A stretch of 64,000 nt of DNA from Octopus sinensis (taxonomy: Eukaryota): contig NC_043016.1 of the NCBI RefSeq assembly GCF_006345805.1, positions 6,572,001 through 6,636,000 of the forward strand, read 5' to 3'. Shown here piece after piece: positions 24,704 to 36,944 of this stretch. The position numbers and the translations under genes were made by a program. The notes below the pieces were generated by a model. The model made no database searches and was not told the DNA's origin. It worked only from the letters and a program-made list of their open reading frames with translations. Positions within the stretch are counted from its first letter, which is position 1. Each line of letters begins with the position of its first letter.

Positions 24704-26205
24704 ATCATCATCATCATTTACCATCCATTTTCCATGCTGGCATGGGTTGAATAACTTGATAGGAGCTGGCCAGCTGCCTAGACTCCATGACTGTTTTGGC
24801 ATGGTTTCTACAGCTGGATGCACTTCCTAATGCCAACCCCTTTACAGAGTGCACTGGGTGCTTATACACTGTACTGGCATGGGTGTTTCTACATGGCACC
24901 AATATAAGTGCTTTTCATGTGGTGCCAGCATGCAAGATTAGGGACACTCAGCTGAAGGGAGAGGTAGGGGACGTGCCGTATACGCAAGGACAACCATGAT
25001 TTTACTTAACTTGATGTGTCTTCTCAAACACAACGAAGCCCCAGAATTATCAATCCCTTATTATCCCCTCTGTGAGGCCCAATGTCTGAAGATCCTTCCT
25101 GGGTTTACCCTTCGAAATATTCCCTCTAGGATTAGAAATTGGCTCCTCTTGATGCAACTGTCTTCAATCATATGCATTACATGGCCATACCAGCGCAATT
25201 TTCTCTTTTGCACACTACATCTGATCCCTTCTACACCCAGTTTTTCTTTCAAATCACTTACACTCTCTCATATATGCACACTGACATTACCGATCCAGCA
25301 GAGCATACTGGCTTCGTTTCTTTCAAGCCTTTACATATCCATAGTTGTCACAGCTCATGTCTCACTGCCATGTAGCATAGCTGTTCATACTCATGCATCA
25401 TACAATCTATTTTTCATTTTGAGGGAGAGGCCTTCATTACTAACAGAAGTTGTAGCTCCTTGAACTTCACCCAGCCTATTCTTATTCTAACAGCTATGCT
25501 TTCAGAACAACCTCACCCACAACTAACTTGGTCGCCTAAGTAACAGAAACTATTACTTCTAAAGATCCCCCTTGACATTTATAGGAGTCTATTTTTTGTA
25601 CATTCCTGGTGTTTAATGTACCTGCACATCTGCCACATGTAAAAACTTTCTCCGTTAGTCTTCTAGTGAACCACTGCACTTCTCATGTGTCCTAGTTTGC
25701 ATTGAATACACCATGTGGAGTTTCTCCCAACACCTTTTCTATATATTGAGTGAGGCCATCTCTCTGATTTGTCTGTTTTCCTACTTATCACTACTTTGGT
25801 CTTGGTTAAATTAACTTTAAGGCCCTTCGATTCTAGACCTTGCTTCCATACCTGTAATTTCTTCTCTAGTTCTGGTAGTGATTCAGCAATAAGAACAGGG
25901 TCATCAGCACAGAGGAACTCCCGAGGGCAGCCAGACTTAAACTCCTCAGTTATAGCTTGGAGGACTATGAAAAACAAGAGGGGACTAAGAACCGATCCTT
26001 GGTGAACTTCTACATCTACACTGAATTCCTTGCTATACTCATTAGTGACTTTCACCTTACTGATAGCATTCCTGTACATGGCTTTTACAGCTCTCACCAA
26101 CCAGCCATCGATCCCTTACTTCTGCATTGTCCACAAGATAAGGGAGCAGGAGATTCTGTCAAAGGCTTTCTCCATGTCAGCAAAAGCCAGATACAAAGGT
26201 ATAAT
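24704..26205 (-). mobile_element. 5'-truncated RTE-clade LINE (RT domain, C-terminus, 3' UTR and GAT tail)
   Basis: YLAFADMEKAFDRI...VHQGSVLSPLLFFIVL...CADDPVLIAESLPELEKK...KVNLTKTKV...EKLGVEGIRCSVQKRKLRWYGHVM; stops and frameshifts present. Confidence 0.92.
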
Positions 26206-26439
26206 TTTGGCCATATATAATCTATATGTGTGTCTCTGTTTGGCCCCCACCACTGCTTGACAACCAGTGTTAGTGTGTTTATGTCCCTATAACATAACAG
26301 TTCAGCAAAAGAGACTGATGCAATAAGTACCAAACTTGAAAAAACAAAGGTACTGAGTTTCATTCGTTTGGCTAAAAAGCCCCTTAAGTCAGTGCCCCAA
26401 CATGACCACAGTCTAATGACTAAAGCAGGTAAAAGTTAA

Positions 26440-26603
26440 AAGCTAAATGATGCCAATTATCAATACTAAGGATTTTGGTAAGTGTGACAAAGAATCTGTG
26501 GACATACTTTGGAAAAGTAGGCTTAATTTGGGAATGGGCGCAGTGTTAAACAATAATTATCAAGAAGATTTTTTATACAAAGAATGGACAAATATGAACA
26601 GCA

Positions 26604-26610
<7 letters not shown>
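26440..26610 (+). mobile_element. R4/NeSL-like LINE 3' remnant (second family)
   Basis: MPIINTKDFG.. motif followed by (ATA)n; clearly homologous to 29795-30060 (ILPIINTGALVTVTKNF). Confidence 0.5.
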
Positions 26611-26645
<35 letters not shown>

Positions 26646-26663
26646 TGATAATAATGATGATGA

Positions 26664-26697
<34 letters not shown>

Positions 26698-27119
26698 GGT
26701 GGTGGTGGTGGTGGCAGCGGCAGCAGCGGCGGCGGTGGCGGTGACGACGACGACGACGACAACAACTTCGGAAAATAGTGTTGCTAGGTTCCGCACACAT
26801 TTTATGCTGTGTACCCTCCATGAGATGAGGACATGCTGTGACCCTAGAGTCAAGGGATGACCCCAGTTCAGCAGAAGACAATGGACCATATTTTATTTTT
26901 TAAATAATGATAATAATAATAATAAACCTTTGTAATGTAGGCACAAAGCCTGAAATTTGGGGCAAGGGGACTAGTCAATTACACTGACCCCCAGCATTTC
27001 ACTGGCACTTAATTTATTGACCCTGAAAAGATGAAAGGCAAAGTCGACCTTGGTGGAATTTGAACACAGAACATAGCATTTTGCCCAGCATAGCTCGCCG
27101 CCATCATAACAATAATAAT

Positions 27120-27400
27120 GGCTTCAAATTCTGCCACAAGAGTGGCAATTTGGGGGAGGGGATGAGTTGATTACATCAACCCTAGTGTTCAGCTGGTACT
27201 TATTTTATCGACCTTGAAAAGATGAAAGATAAAGTCGATCTCGGAGGATGGAAAGCAGAGTGGATGTTGGTGGCATTTGAACTCAAAGTATAAAGGTACA
27301 TCAAATGCCACTAAGCATTTAATCCCTAGAGATAGGTGAAATACTGCTAAAGATTTCATCCAGCATGCTAACGATTCTGCCAGCTCACCACCTTCATAAT
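27120..27400 (-). mobile_element. SINE family A, diverged (one of three adjacent copies, 26925-27630)
   Basis: Reverse complement of the family A head and core block. Confidence 0.75.
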
Positions 27401-27654
27401 AATAATAATAATAATAATAATCCTTTCTATTATAAGCACAAGGCCTGGAATTTATGGGGAGGGAGATAGTCAATCACATGGACCTCAGTACTTGACTGAT
27501 ACTTAACTTATCAACCCAAAGAAATGAAAGACAAAATCAACATCAGCAGAATTTGAATTCACAACCTAAGGACAGGCAAAATACCTCTAAGCATTTTGCC
27601 AGGTGTGCTAATGATTCTGCCAGCTTGCCATAGGAATTACAAATGCATTAGGAT

Positions 27655-27795
27655 GTTAGCTAAGTGTATGGCTTCAAAACAACAGGAAAGTGGTACAAAC
27701 ATGTCCCCCTGATGGTTGTGACAGAGAATGAGAATCACAGGATTTTATGGAACTTCTCTATAAAGACTGACCACATTATTGAAGCAAGAAGACCA
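27655..27795 (+). mobile_element. R4/Dong-like LINE fragment
   Basis: KWYKHVPLMVVTENENHRILWNFSIKTDHIIEARRP, the motif that precedes the REL PD..D site. Confidence 0.75.
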
Positions 27796-28720
27796 GAATC
27801 TTTAGCAGAATTGGAGAAAAAATTTCAGGTATGGAAACAAACAAGGAATCAAAGGGCCTTAAAGTTAACCTAGCTAAGACAAAAGTGGCTGTTAGCAAGA
27901 AAGATGAAACTTTCTTTCCATCAGGTAAATGACCCTACTCCATATGTAGGAAAGGAGTTGGAAGACATTCCATTCACTGTACCCAGTGTAAACTATGGAC
28001 ACATAAGAGGTGCAGTGGAATCACAGGTAGATTAACAGATAAAGTAGTCTTTGTATGTGGCAGCTGTGCAGAAACAATAAACACTAAGAGCACACAGGAA
28101 GTAGATTATCTCAAGTGCTAAGGAGGTTGTAGATAGTTTCTGTTACCTAGGTGACCAAATAAGTAATGGTGGAGAATGCTCTGAATGTATTGTTTCTAGA
28201 ATAAGAATTGGGTGGAGGAAGTTCAGAGAGCTATTACCGCCCATGGCAACAAAAGGACTCTCTCTCTCTCTCTCTCTGAGTGAAAGGTAGACTATATGAT
28301 GCTTGTGTATGAACAGCTACACTCCATGGTAGTGAGACATGGGCTATGGATGCAGAAGACATGCGTAGACTGGAGAAAAACGAAGGAAATATGCTTCAAT
28401 GAATATGCAGCATCAGTGCACATGTACATCAAAGTGCAAATATACTGAGAGAAAAGTTGGGTATAAGAGGAATCAAATGTGACATGCAAGAGAGAAGACT
28501 AGATTGGTTTAGAAATGTGATGTGTATGAATAAAGACAGCTGCATAAAGAAGTGCCGATTGCTGAAAGTGGATAGAACCCACAGAAGAGGGAGACCCAGG
28601 AAGATGTAGAATGAAGTGGTAAGGACTGATCTCAGGGCGTTGAGCCTCATGGAGGGAATGACAATGGACCAAGATGACTAGTGATATAAATTTCTTGAGA
28701 AGACCCACCAACATCAGTAA
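27796..28720 (+). mobile_element. RTE-clade LINE 3' fragment
   Basis: ESLAELEKKFQVWKQ...KTKV...FCYLGDQISNGG...RIRIGWRKFRELL...LHGSETW...EKLGIRGIKCDMQERRLDWF...RGRPRK; degraded. Confidence 0.9.
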
Positions 28721-29473
28721 AACTGAGTTTTAGAAGCACTGTTTGCCCCACCCACACTTAACAAAATAAATTCTCAAACACTCTACTACAACAAACCAAA
28801 CTATGTCTCTAAATCCCTTTTCTTCCTCACATTTCCGTTTCATGTACTATGCTTACCTCCCACTCGCCAATCCTGTCCTCTTGGAACCGGAACCACTGTA
28901 TCATTGCTCTCCTCTTGTCCCTAACTGGTGCATTCTACCCACATGCCCACTCAGTTATTGCTATCTGCGAGCCCCCCCCCCACCGACCTGGCTGTTCCAC
29001 CCACACGTAACAAGAAAACTTTTCCCTCACCCTACCTCAACAAATCAGCCTACATCTCTTCTCTTTCTCAGATTTCCTCCTTCATACACTATGCCTAGCC
29101 CTCACTCCCCAATCCTATCCTCACACCCCAGTAGCTCCGCCAACTTCATATATACCCAGTCCTTTTGCCACCTACTCACACTCTTTAATCACACTCCCTT
29201 CGCAATATCCTACCACTTATATTTATGGCATTTGAACCTCAAGGCTATGCCCTGGCACTTGTCACCACCTATATCTCTCTCTTCCTTTACTCAACCATCC
29301 CATTTATATTCTGATCCCCATTTCTTGCAAGTATGCCTGGCATTTTTTTTAATGTCTTGCAAGTACTTGGTGACCGTGACAGTGAAGGTGCCACTTAAAA
29401 GCACTCAGTCCACACTGTAAAGGGATTGGTGTTCGGAAGAGCATCCAGCTGTAAAAACCTTGCCAAAACTGAC

Positions 29474-29606
29474 CTTGCCTGTGCTTGAGCCATGTAAAAC
29501 GTACTACTCAACTTGCCTGTGCTTGAGCCATGTAAAATGTACTACTCAACTTGCCTGTGCTTGAGCCATGTAAAACGTACTACTCAACTTGCCTGTGCTT
29601 GAGCCA
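29474..29606. repeat. 38-bp tandem repeat x3.5 inside a family C element (29365-29790)
   Basis: Unit CTTGCCTGTGCTTGAGCCATGTAAAACGTACTACTCAA. Confidence 0.92.
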
Positions 29607-29763
29607 CTTAAAAAGCACTAAGTCTACTCTGCCGAGTGGTTGATGTTAGGAAAGGTATCCAACTGTAATAATCCTGGCAAAACAGTCACAGAAGTCTGGT
29701 GCAGGCTTCGGCTTGGCTGGTTCTTGGGGTACTATCACACCCATGCTAGCATGGATGACGGTA

Positions 29764-29796
<33 letters not shown>

Positions 29797-30308
29797 GAAT
29801 ATTACAACTTAAAATTTGAAATCCTTAAATGCTGGAACATAGAACTTAAAAATAGTCATGATCCTGCCAATTATCAATACTGGGGCCTTGGTAACAGTGA
29901 CAAAGAATTTTAGGGCATACTTTGGAAAAGTAGATTTAGTTTGTAAATGGGTGTACCATTTCCTAAGTTCAAGCAATAATTATCTAGAAAGATTTAATAA
30001 GAAGTATGGGTCAGCTATAAATAACAGCCCAATACATACATGCTATTGTTTCTAGATTTATATGTTTTAAGGTCTCTGGTGAACAACCTGCTACTTCCTC
30101 CCCCATCTGCTGTTTAACCCACACACTTTCCTTTTCTTTCTCTTTTTCTTTTTTTCTTTTTTGGTTTCCTTGGTGAGGTAGTTATGGGGGTTTTTTTCTC
30201 AATAATTGGACCTTTTATACTTATAATTCTTTTTCTTACTTTTCTTCCGGTAAAAATATCTTGTTGATAAAAATTGTAATTTACAATAAAAAAAAAAAGA
30301 ATTATTAT

Positions 30309-30700
30309 GGACAGGTGTGGCTGTGTGGTATGAAGCTTGCTTCCCAACTACATGGATCAGGGTTCAGTTACACCGTGTAGCATCTTGGGCAAGTGTCTTC
30401 TACTTTATAGTCTCAGGCCAACCAAAGCCTTTTGAGTGGATTTGGTAGATGAAAACTGAAAGAAGCCTGATATATATGTATGTGTGTGTGGTGTCTCTGC
30501 TTGTCCCCCACCACTGCTTGACAACTGGTGTTGGTGTGTTTACATCCCTGTAACTTAGCAGCTTGGCAAAACTGACCAATAGAATAAGTATCAGACTTAA
30601 CAAAAAATAAGTCCTGGGGTCGATTCATTTGATTAAAAATTCTTCAAATTGGTGCCCCAGCATGGCCGCAGTCTAGTGACTGAATCAAATAAAAGATAAA
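30309..30700 (+). mobile_element. SINE family B
   Basis: Head, CORE-like block and tail all present. Confidence 0.85.
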
Positions 30701-31240
30701 ACATTTCATGCTTTATTAAAAATCAGCAAAAATATCACAAAAAGATTTCGTATTCTCTCAAAAGTTTATTTAATTCTTATGACATCAATTTTTTTTATTT
30801 TTGCTTTCTCAAAATTGGTTCATGCACTAGGTAAGATTATAATGAACGATTCACCTTAGCCTTGCTGACTTACTTAATCCTTGTTAGTAACTTAAACTTT
30901 TCTACCTTAACAGGATGCAACATGACTAGAAATAAAATCAAACAAAATATAATGAAAACAATTCCAATTAGATAATATAAACAAGAAATGTTAATCACAA
31001 ACATAAATGAAAGTTAGTTTTATGAATTGGTTTTTCTCACGGAATCTTGAATGAATAAACCAGCAAATAAAAGGACAATTAATCAAAACAACTGACCACA
31101 ACATAAAACGCTTGGTGATGTTGAACATGTTTGCTTTTATTAAGCAGCAGCTCTTCTCTAAATGAATAAACATTTGATCAAAGGAGCTCCAGCCATGACC
31201 ATCTCAGCTTATTTTATACAAGTGTCTACATTAGTGGTTA

Positions 31241-31629
31241 TTCTTTTACTTGTTTCAGTCATTTGACTGCGGCCATGCTGGAGCACCGCCTTTAATCGAG
31301 CAAATCGACCCCGGGACTTATTCTTTTGTAAGCCTAGTACTTATTCTATCGGTCTCTTTTGCCGAACCACTAGGTAACGGGGACATAAACACACCAGCAT
31401 CGGTTGTCAAGCAATGCTAGGGAGACAAACACAGACACACAAACACACACACACACACATATATACATATATACGACGGGCTTCTTTCAGTTTCCGTCTA
31501 CCAAATCCACTCATAAGGCTTTGGTCAGCCCGAGGCCATAGTAGAAGACACTTGCCCAAGGTGCCACACAATGGGACTGAACCCGGAACCATGTGGCTGG
31601 TAAACAAGCTACTTACCACACAGCCACTC
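31241..31629 (-). mobile_element. SINE family B
   Basis: Colinear with 6236-6644. Confidence 0.9.
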
Positions 31630-32784
31630 AACTATTTTTTGCCTATGTACCCCTTTGATTCCTATCTTATTTTAAAGGACCCTCATAGCCATTCAATTTA
31701 ATAAATCCTTAAATCCTTAAAAATGTTTCAGCCTGAAGGCTGCGGCCATGCTGGGGTACCACCGTTAATAAATGAATCCTATTATATTTTTTATAATCAA
31801 ATACTATTAGGAATTATATAAGAAAAAATTGTTAAAATATTTTGTTTATTGTTGTAATATAACCAATTTATTATACATAAACTTTAACAACAAAATTTTA
31901 TATGGACACTTAAAAGTCACATGAACCCCAGTTGAGAACCCCTGATCTACACTGTCCAAAGTAACCTTCTTCATTTTAGATGGCTGAGTGAGATTCAAAA
32001 AAGATTTGGCTGCTATTTGTCATAAGCTTGTCACCATGTAGCGGTGCCTTTCTTTTGTAATAGAGGGTAAACACTGAGTTAGCTACATCTATGGCTTGAA
32101 TCAGTTCCTTCTTGTGATGGTTAACAAGGAGTATTTCTTGTTAAAATTCATCACATGCAACCAACTTCCATCAGGTGCACATATATTTCTCAGCAATATG
32201 GATTTTCCACTTAAAGTGGATATATATATATATGTATATATATATAGAGAGAGAGAGACATTGAAGGAAGATGTTGAAACTTTTCCTCTGCAAGTTTATT
32301 ATTTTCAATAGCAAAGGGAGCTATTTTTTTCAGAGAGAAAAGCTAACAAAAGCCCCTTTATTCTATCTTTCCACATAGCGTGCACATAAACCAACAGCAA
32401 ATGCTGCATAAAGTTAAATGGGTATGGAGCTTTCTGAAAGTTACCTTTAAATTTTGCTAGTGAAAGCAAAACTCTTATTTAAAGGTTGATTCTTTGGGAC
32501 AAATCATATGTGATTGTTTAGCGACAATGTTAAAATGTATTTGAAACAATGGACAACAGTCGAAATATAATGGATAAACCTCCTTAAAGTGAAATAACGC
32601 ATTGGTAGGTAAACAAAGGTATCGACAAATAGGAGAGAGGGAAGGGAACATCACCTTTCAAGTAACTCAGAATAGGTAAAGGTAAGCTTGCCAAAGTTTA
32701 ATGTGGTTTAAATATGGAGATTATGATTGTTTGGTATTGGATTTTCCTTGTCAATTTAATCAATGTGGCAGGTGAATAGTCGAA

Positions 32785-33235
32785 ATAAATAAATAGACTT
32801 TTATAAAAAGATTTTAAAAAGTATGGAACACCTTACATACAAAATAAACTATGTCCATTTGTGTGCATTTACACCGGAGCTCTGGGCAAAATGTTTAGTG
32901 CATGACCAACCTTGGAACATAAGTAATGTGTGTGTAAAGTTTGGTGAAAATCAGCTGAGAATTGTGGAAATGTATGCGTTCAGTGTTCCAAGTCAATGTA
33001 ATTACCGTTGCTGGTGGACAATCAGAATAAATAAATAGACAAAGTCCTTTCACTTTTATAAAAATATTAAAAAAGTATGGAAGACCCTACATACCAAAAA
33101 CTAAGTCCACTTACGTCCTTTTATGTGGGAACTCTGGGCAAAATGTTATAGTGCATGATCATCCTTGGGACATAAGTAATGTATGTGTAAAGTTTGGTGA
33201 AAATTGGTTGAGAATTGTGGAAATATATACATTAG
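32785..33235. repeat. Diverged tandem duplication, period ~254 bp
   Basis: AAAAAGTATGGAA...CTCTGGGCAAAATG...CATAAGTAATGT.TGTGTAAAGTTTGGTGAAAAT..G.TGAGAATTGTGGAAAT occurs twice (GTATGG at 32821 and 33075). Confidence 0.85.
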
Positions 33236-33287
33236 TCATTATACACACACATACAGTGATTTATATATACTATATATAATATATATA

Positions 33288-33338
<51 letters not shown>

Positions 33339-33603
33339 TGTACAAATATATAGCAATAATGGAGAAATTGTACAAAATGTATAAGTAGATGATAAGTAAA
33401 GCACCGGCACAGTTTCAATTAACTATTGTTGTATATATATGCTTATACATATATATATATATATACATTCATATCTATATATATATATACATATGCATAT
33501 ACATATATATATATGCATTATACATATATATATGTGGACATATATACATATATATATATATATATATGCATTATACATATATATATATATATATGCATTA
33601 TAC

Positions 33604-33635
<32 letters not shown>

Positions 33636-33664
33636 ATATGCATATACATATGTAAATATATATA

Positions 33665-33850
33665 TCCTTTGCCATGATAGATCGCTAGCCACTACACATT
33701 CTTTATTTTGTTTCTTTTTGTGTTTCTTTCTGTAGAAGAGCGTAGGCTCGAAATGTTAAAGACTTTTTCACTTCCCGATCGTTATACCAATACATCTATT
33801 TGTTGTGTACACCACCTGTCTTCCTCTTGTTTCTTTGTGAATTCTCCATA
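33665..33850 (+). mobile_element. Penelope-like element terminal (pLTR-type) remnant in (TA)n, with a decayed hammerhead motif
   Basis: Non-coding block between TA microsatellites containing CTTT-CTGTAGA-A-GAGC GTAG GCTC-GAAA-TGTT-AAAG (33726-33761). Confidence 0.55.
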
Positions 33851-34431
33851 TATATATATATATATACAACTTGAGATACTCATCTTCCTTTGGTTTTTGT
33901 TATCCTTCTTCCTCTAATATATACCTGCCAACTTGGAAGCCTACTATGGATCTCTAGCTCCAGCCTCAGCTGTGAACTTTTAATACTAATGGATGACCAA
34001 TTATAGTACTTACACAATATACGTTTAGATCACCAGTGAACTAAACCCTTCATAGATCGATAGAATCATTTTCCTTTTATGGCAAAATATGGACCTAATT
34101 CAGTAAAATTATGAAGTTTACTCTAAAAACTATGCATAAAATGCAACATATTTAATTTTTTTGTAGATTAGGTAGGTATAATTAACCTCTGCCTTTCAAT
34201 CTCAGTATTAAAACTATGCATAGTACTGCTGTAGTACATATGCTGCGTACATTCCTACAACAACATTTTCTTTACACACTATAAAGGCAGAAGTAAATCA
34301 GTCACATGGCTGTGTTTCACTTTTTTTGTGTGTCTTTTACTACATAAATGTCACCAACTGCTGACCCTGAGTAATTACTGATGGCACATGCCTGGTATGT
34401 ATGTATATATGCATAAATGCATGTATGCATG

Positions 34432-34473
<42 letters not shown>

Positions 34474-34974
34474 CAATTTGGAAACAACTTGCAGATGCTG
34501 GTGTTACCAGTAAAAAGCTCTGCATATTGGACACTTTTATGTTTATGGGGTCATCAGGGAAGAGTGTATGCCATTTTAGGGCCTTCTTCTTGACAGCATT
34601 ATTATGTGCCCACCCCCTCACTGAGATCAGGCACCCCTTGCTAGATCTACTGTTTACTTGGTATTGCTTAATATTCTTCTGGCCAGTGCTCATCGTCTCT
34701 ATTTAACCAAATCTAGTGGCTTGCCTCCCCAACTGTAGTCTGGATATCATTCACAGGGTATTTGCTTTATGATGGGTTAGGCCTAGCGACAACAGCAATC
34801 ACCTCATACTGTTTTCAGTGAGTCCTCTACATCACTCTGCTTTCCAGCCTACTTCTTCACTTTCCTTGAGGAAGTGTTTATAATGGTCGATCTTTTGAGT
34901 CCAAGTGGTGTCCATGTTATCTTCATGAGGAACTGTTAACTAGACTAGATTTGCTACTTTCTTTCTTCCACATC

Positions 34975-35495
34975 ATCATCATCGTCTAACATCCGTTTTC
35001 TATGCTAGCATGGGTTGGATGAATGACTGAGGGCTGGCAAACCAGATGGCTGCACTAGGCTTCAATCTTGATCTGGCAGAGTTTCTACAACTGGATGCCG
35101 TTCCTAATGCCAACCACTCCGAGAGTGTAGTGGGTGCTTTTACATGCCACCGGCACGGGGCCAGTCAGGCGGTACTGGCAACGACCTCGCTCAAATCTTT
35201 TGCACATGCCACCAGCACAGGTGCCAGTAAGGCAATGCTGGTAATGATCATGCTCGAATGGTGCCTTTTACGTGCCACCGGTACGGAGGCCAGTTAGCCG
35301 CTCTGGCAACAATCATGCTCAGATGGTGCTCTTAATACCCTACTAGCATGGACCTTGAGTGCCAGTAAGGCGACGCTGGTAACGATCATGCTCAAATGGT
35401 GCCTTTTAAGTGCCACTGGCATGGAAGCCGGTTAGCCACTCTGTCAATGATCACAATCGTATGGAGCTCTTTGCACCCTGCTAACACGGATGCCA
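34975..35495 (-). mobile_element. RTE-tail repeat (family C)
   Basis: Reverse complement of the 22300-22788 type. Confidence 0.88.
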
Positions 35496-36057
35496 GTCAT
35501 CGAATTTGATTGGAAAGGGAAAGAATTCTTGGTACCCGGGTAAATCTGAAGCCACCTCCCAATGGCTGTTCTATTTTTCATCATTCACAGGAAGTTTCTT
35601 TTTCTTCAAACACATCTACTATCCCGGACACATGAAGGTAATGAAATATCTTGCTAGTTTCTTCTGTGATTTCTTGCCCCTGCTGATTAAAGCAACTTGG
35701 TTCTTTGTAGTACTGAAGAGGGCCTTCAGAACCATATTTTTCTTCTGGCTTATCTATCCAACACCAGTGAACAGTTGAAGAAAATGTTTCAGTGTCACAA
35801 CTTTCCCACATCTGCATTTATCGCTCTTTGATATGTTCTATCTCACTAAGTTTGTAGGTGATATTAAGGCATTGTAGGGTGAATGAACAAAAAAAAAAAC
35901 AACTTAGCCATGATGTATTCCATTTCCACATTTCCTTCCAACTTATTTTTCTCTCAATCACATCTTCCTCCCATCTTGTCGTCTGCCCTTATTGAGAGCA
36001 TTAAATCAACTGAAGATCTCTTCTCTCCATTTCCTTTGCCTTGAAGCTGTTACTGAT

Positions 36058-36093
<36 letters not shown>

Positions 36094-36944
36094 GATTGAT
36101 GCATTCTCGGTATTGATATTTTGATATTTTATGTAATGTAAATATTGATACTTTGGATGTATTATTTAAATATGCTAGCCATATGCTCATATGTTCGTGC
36201 ACAAATGTAAACAAGGGAACTCTCAAATAAATAAGCAAAAACATTTAAGCCAATAAATATAGACTTATGTGTAAATAAAGAAACACATGCCTATAACTAG
36301 ATAAATATATTCCTCACAACAGAAAACCAAACATACAGACACTTATATTGTGTGTGTGTGTGTGTGTACATACCTTTATGCATATCATCATCATCTTCAT
36401 TTAACGTCCGTTTTCCATGCTAGCATATATATATATATACACATACACATATATAAATACATATATACATATATATATATGTATACAAGATAAGAAAATG
36501 GAGAAATACATCTAAATCAAATATCAATTACCAGATAATACTCAATCACATACTTTATTAAACCAGCACATAAGAGACTGTAGGGTTAAACATATATGTA
36601 TTTATATATGCATATGCGTACATGCATAAATGCAGGAATGATTGAGTGGTAAGAAGTTTGATTTTCAACAACATGGTTCCAGGTTCAGTCCCACTGCTTG
36701 GCACCTTGAACAAATATCTTCTATTACAGCTTCACGCTGACTAAAGCTTTGAGACTGGATATGCTTCACGGAAACTGAAAGAACCCCATCATGTGTGTGT
36801 GTGTGTGTGTGTGTCTTTGTGTGGTGTGTTTGTGTTTGTGTGTGGTGTGTGTGCATCATCATCACTTAACATCTGTTGGACTAGAAAAGAAAACAGTATC
36901 TCATCCAAAAATAGACATATTTTAAAAAATCAAAACATATCAAC

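Noticed and set aside
25080-25120. CTGAAGA...CGAAA hammerhead-like spacing
   Set aside because: No stem II or stem I pairing; lies antisense within RTE coding sequence.
28803-29420. 205-aa C-rich ORF
   Set aside because: Low-complexity pyrimidine-rich sequence next to retroelement debris; no recognisable protein motif.
35560-35810. 78-aa ORF as a host gene
   Set aside because: No splice or domain support; more likely a decayed LINE C-terminal zinc-knuckle region, too degraded to call.
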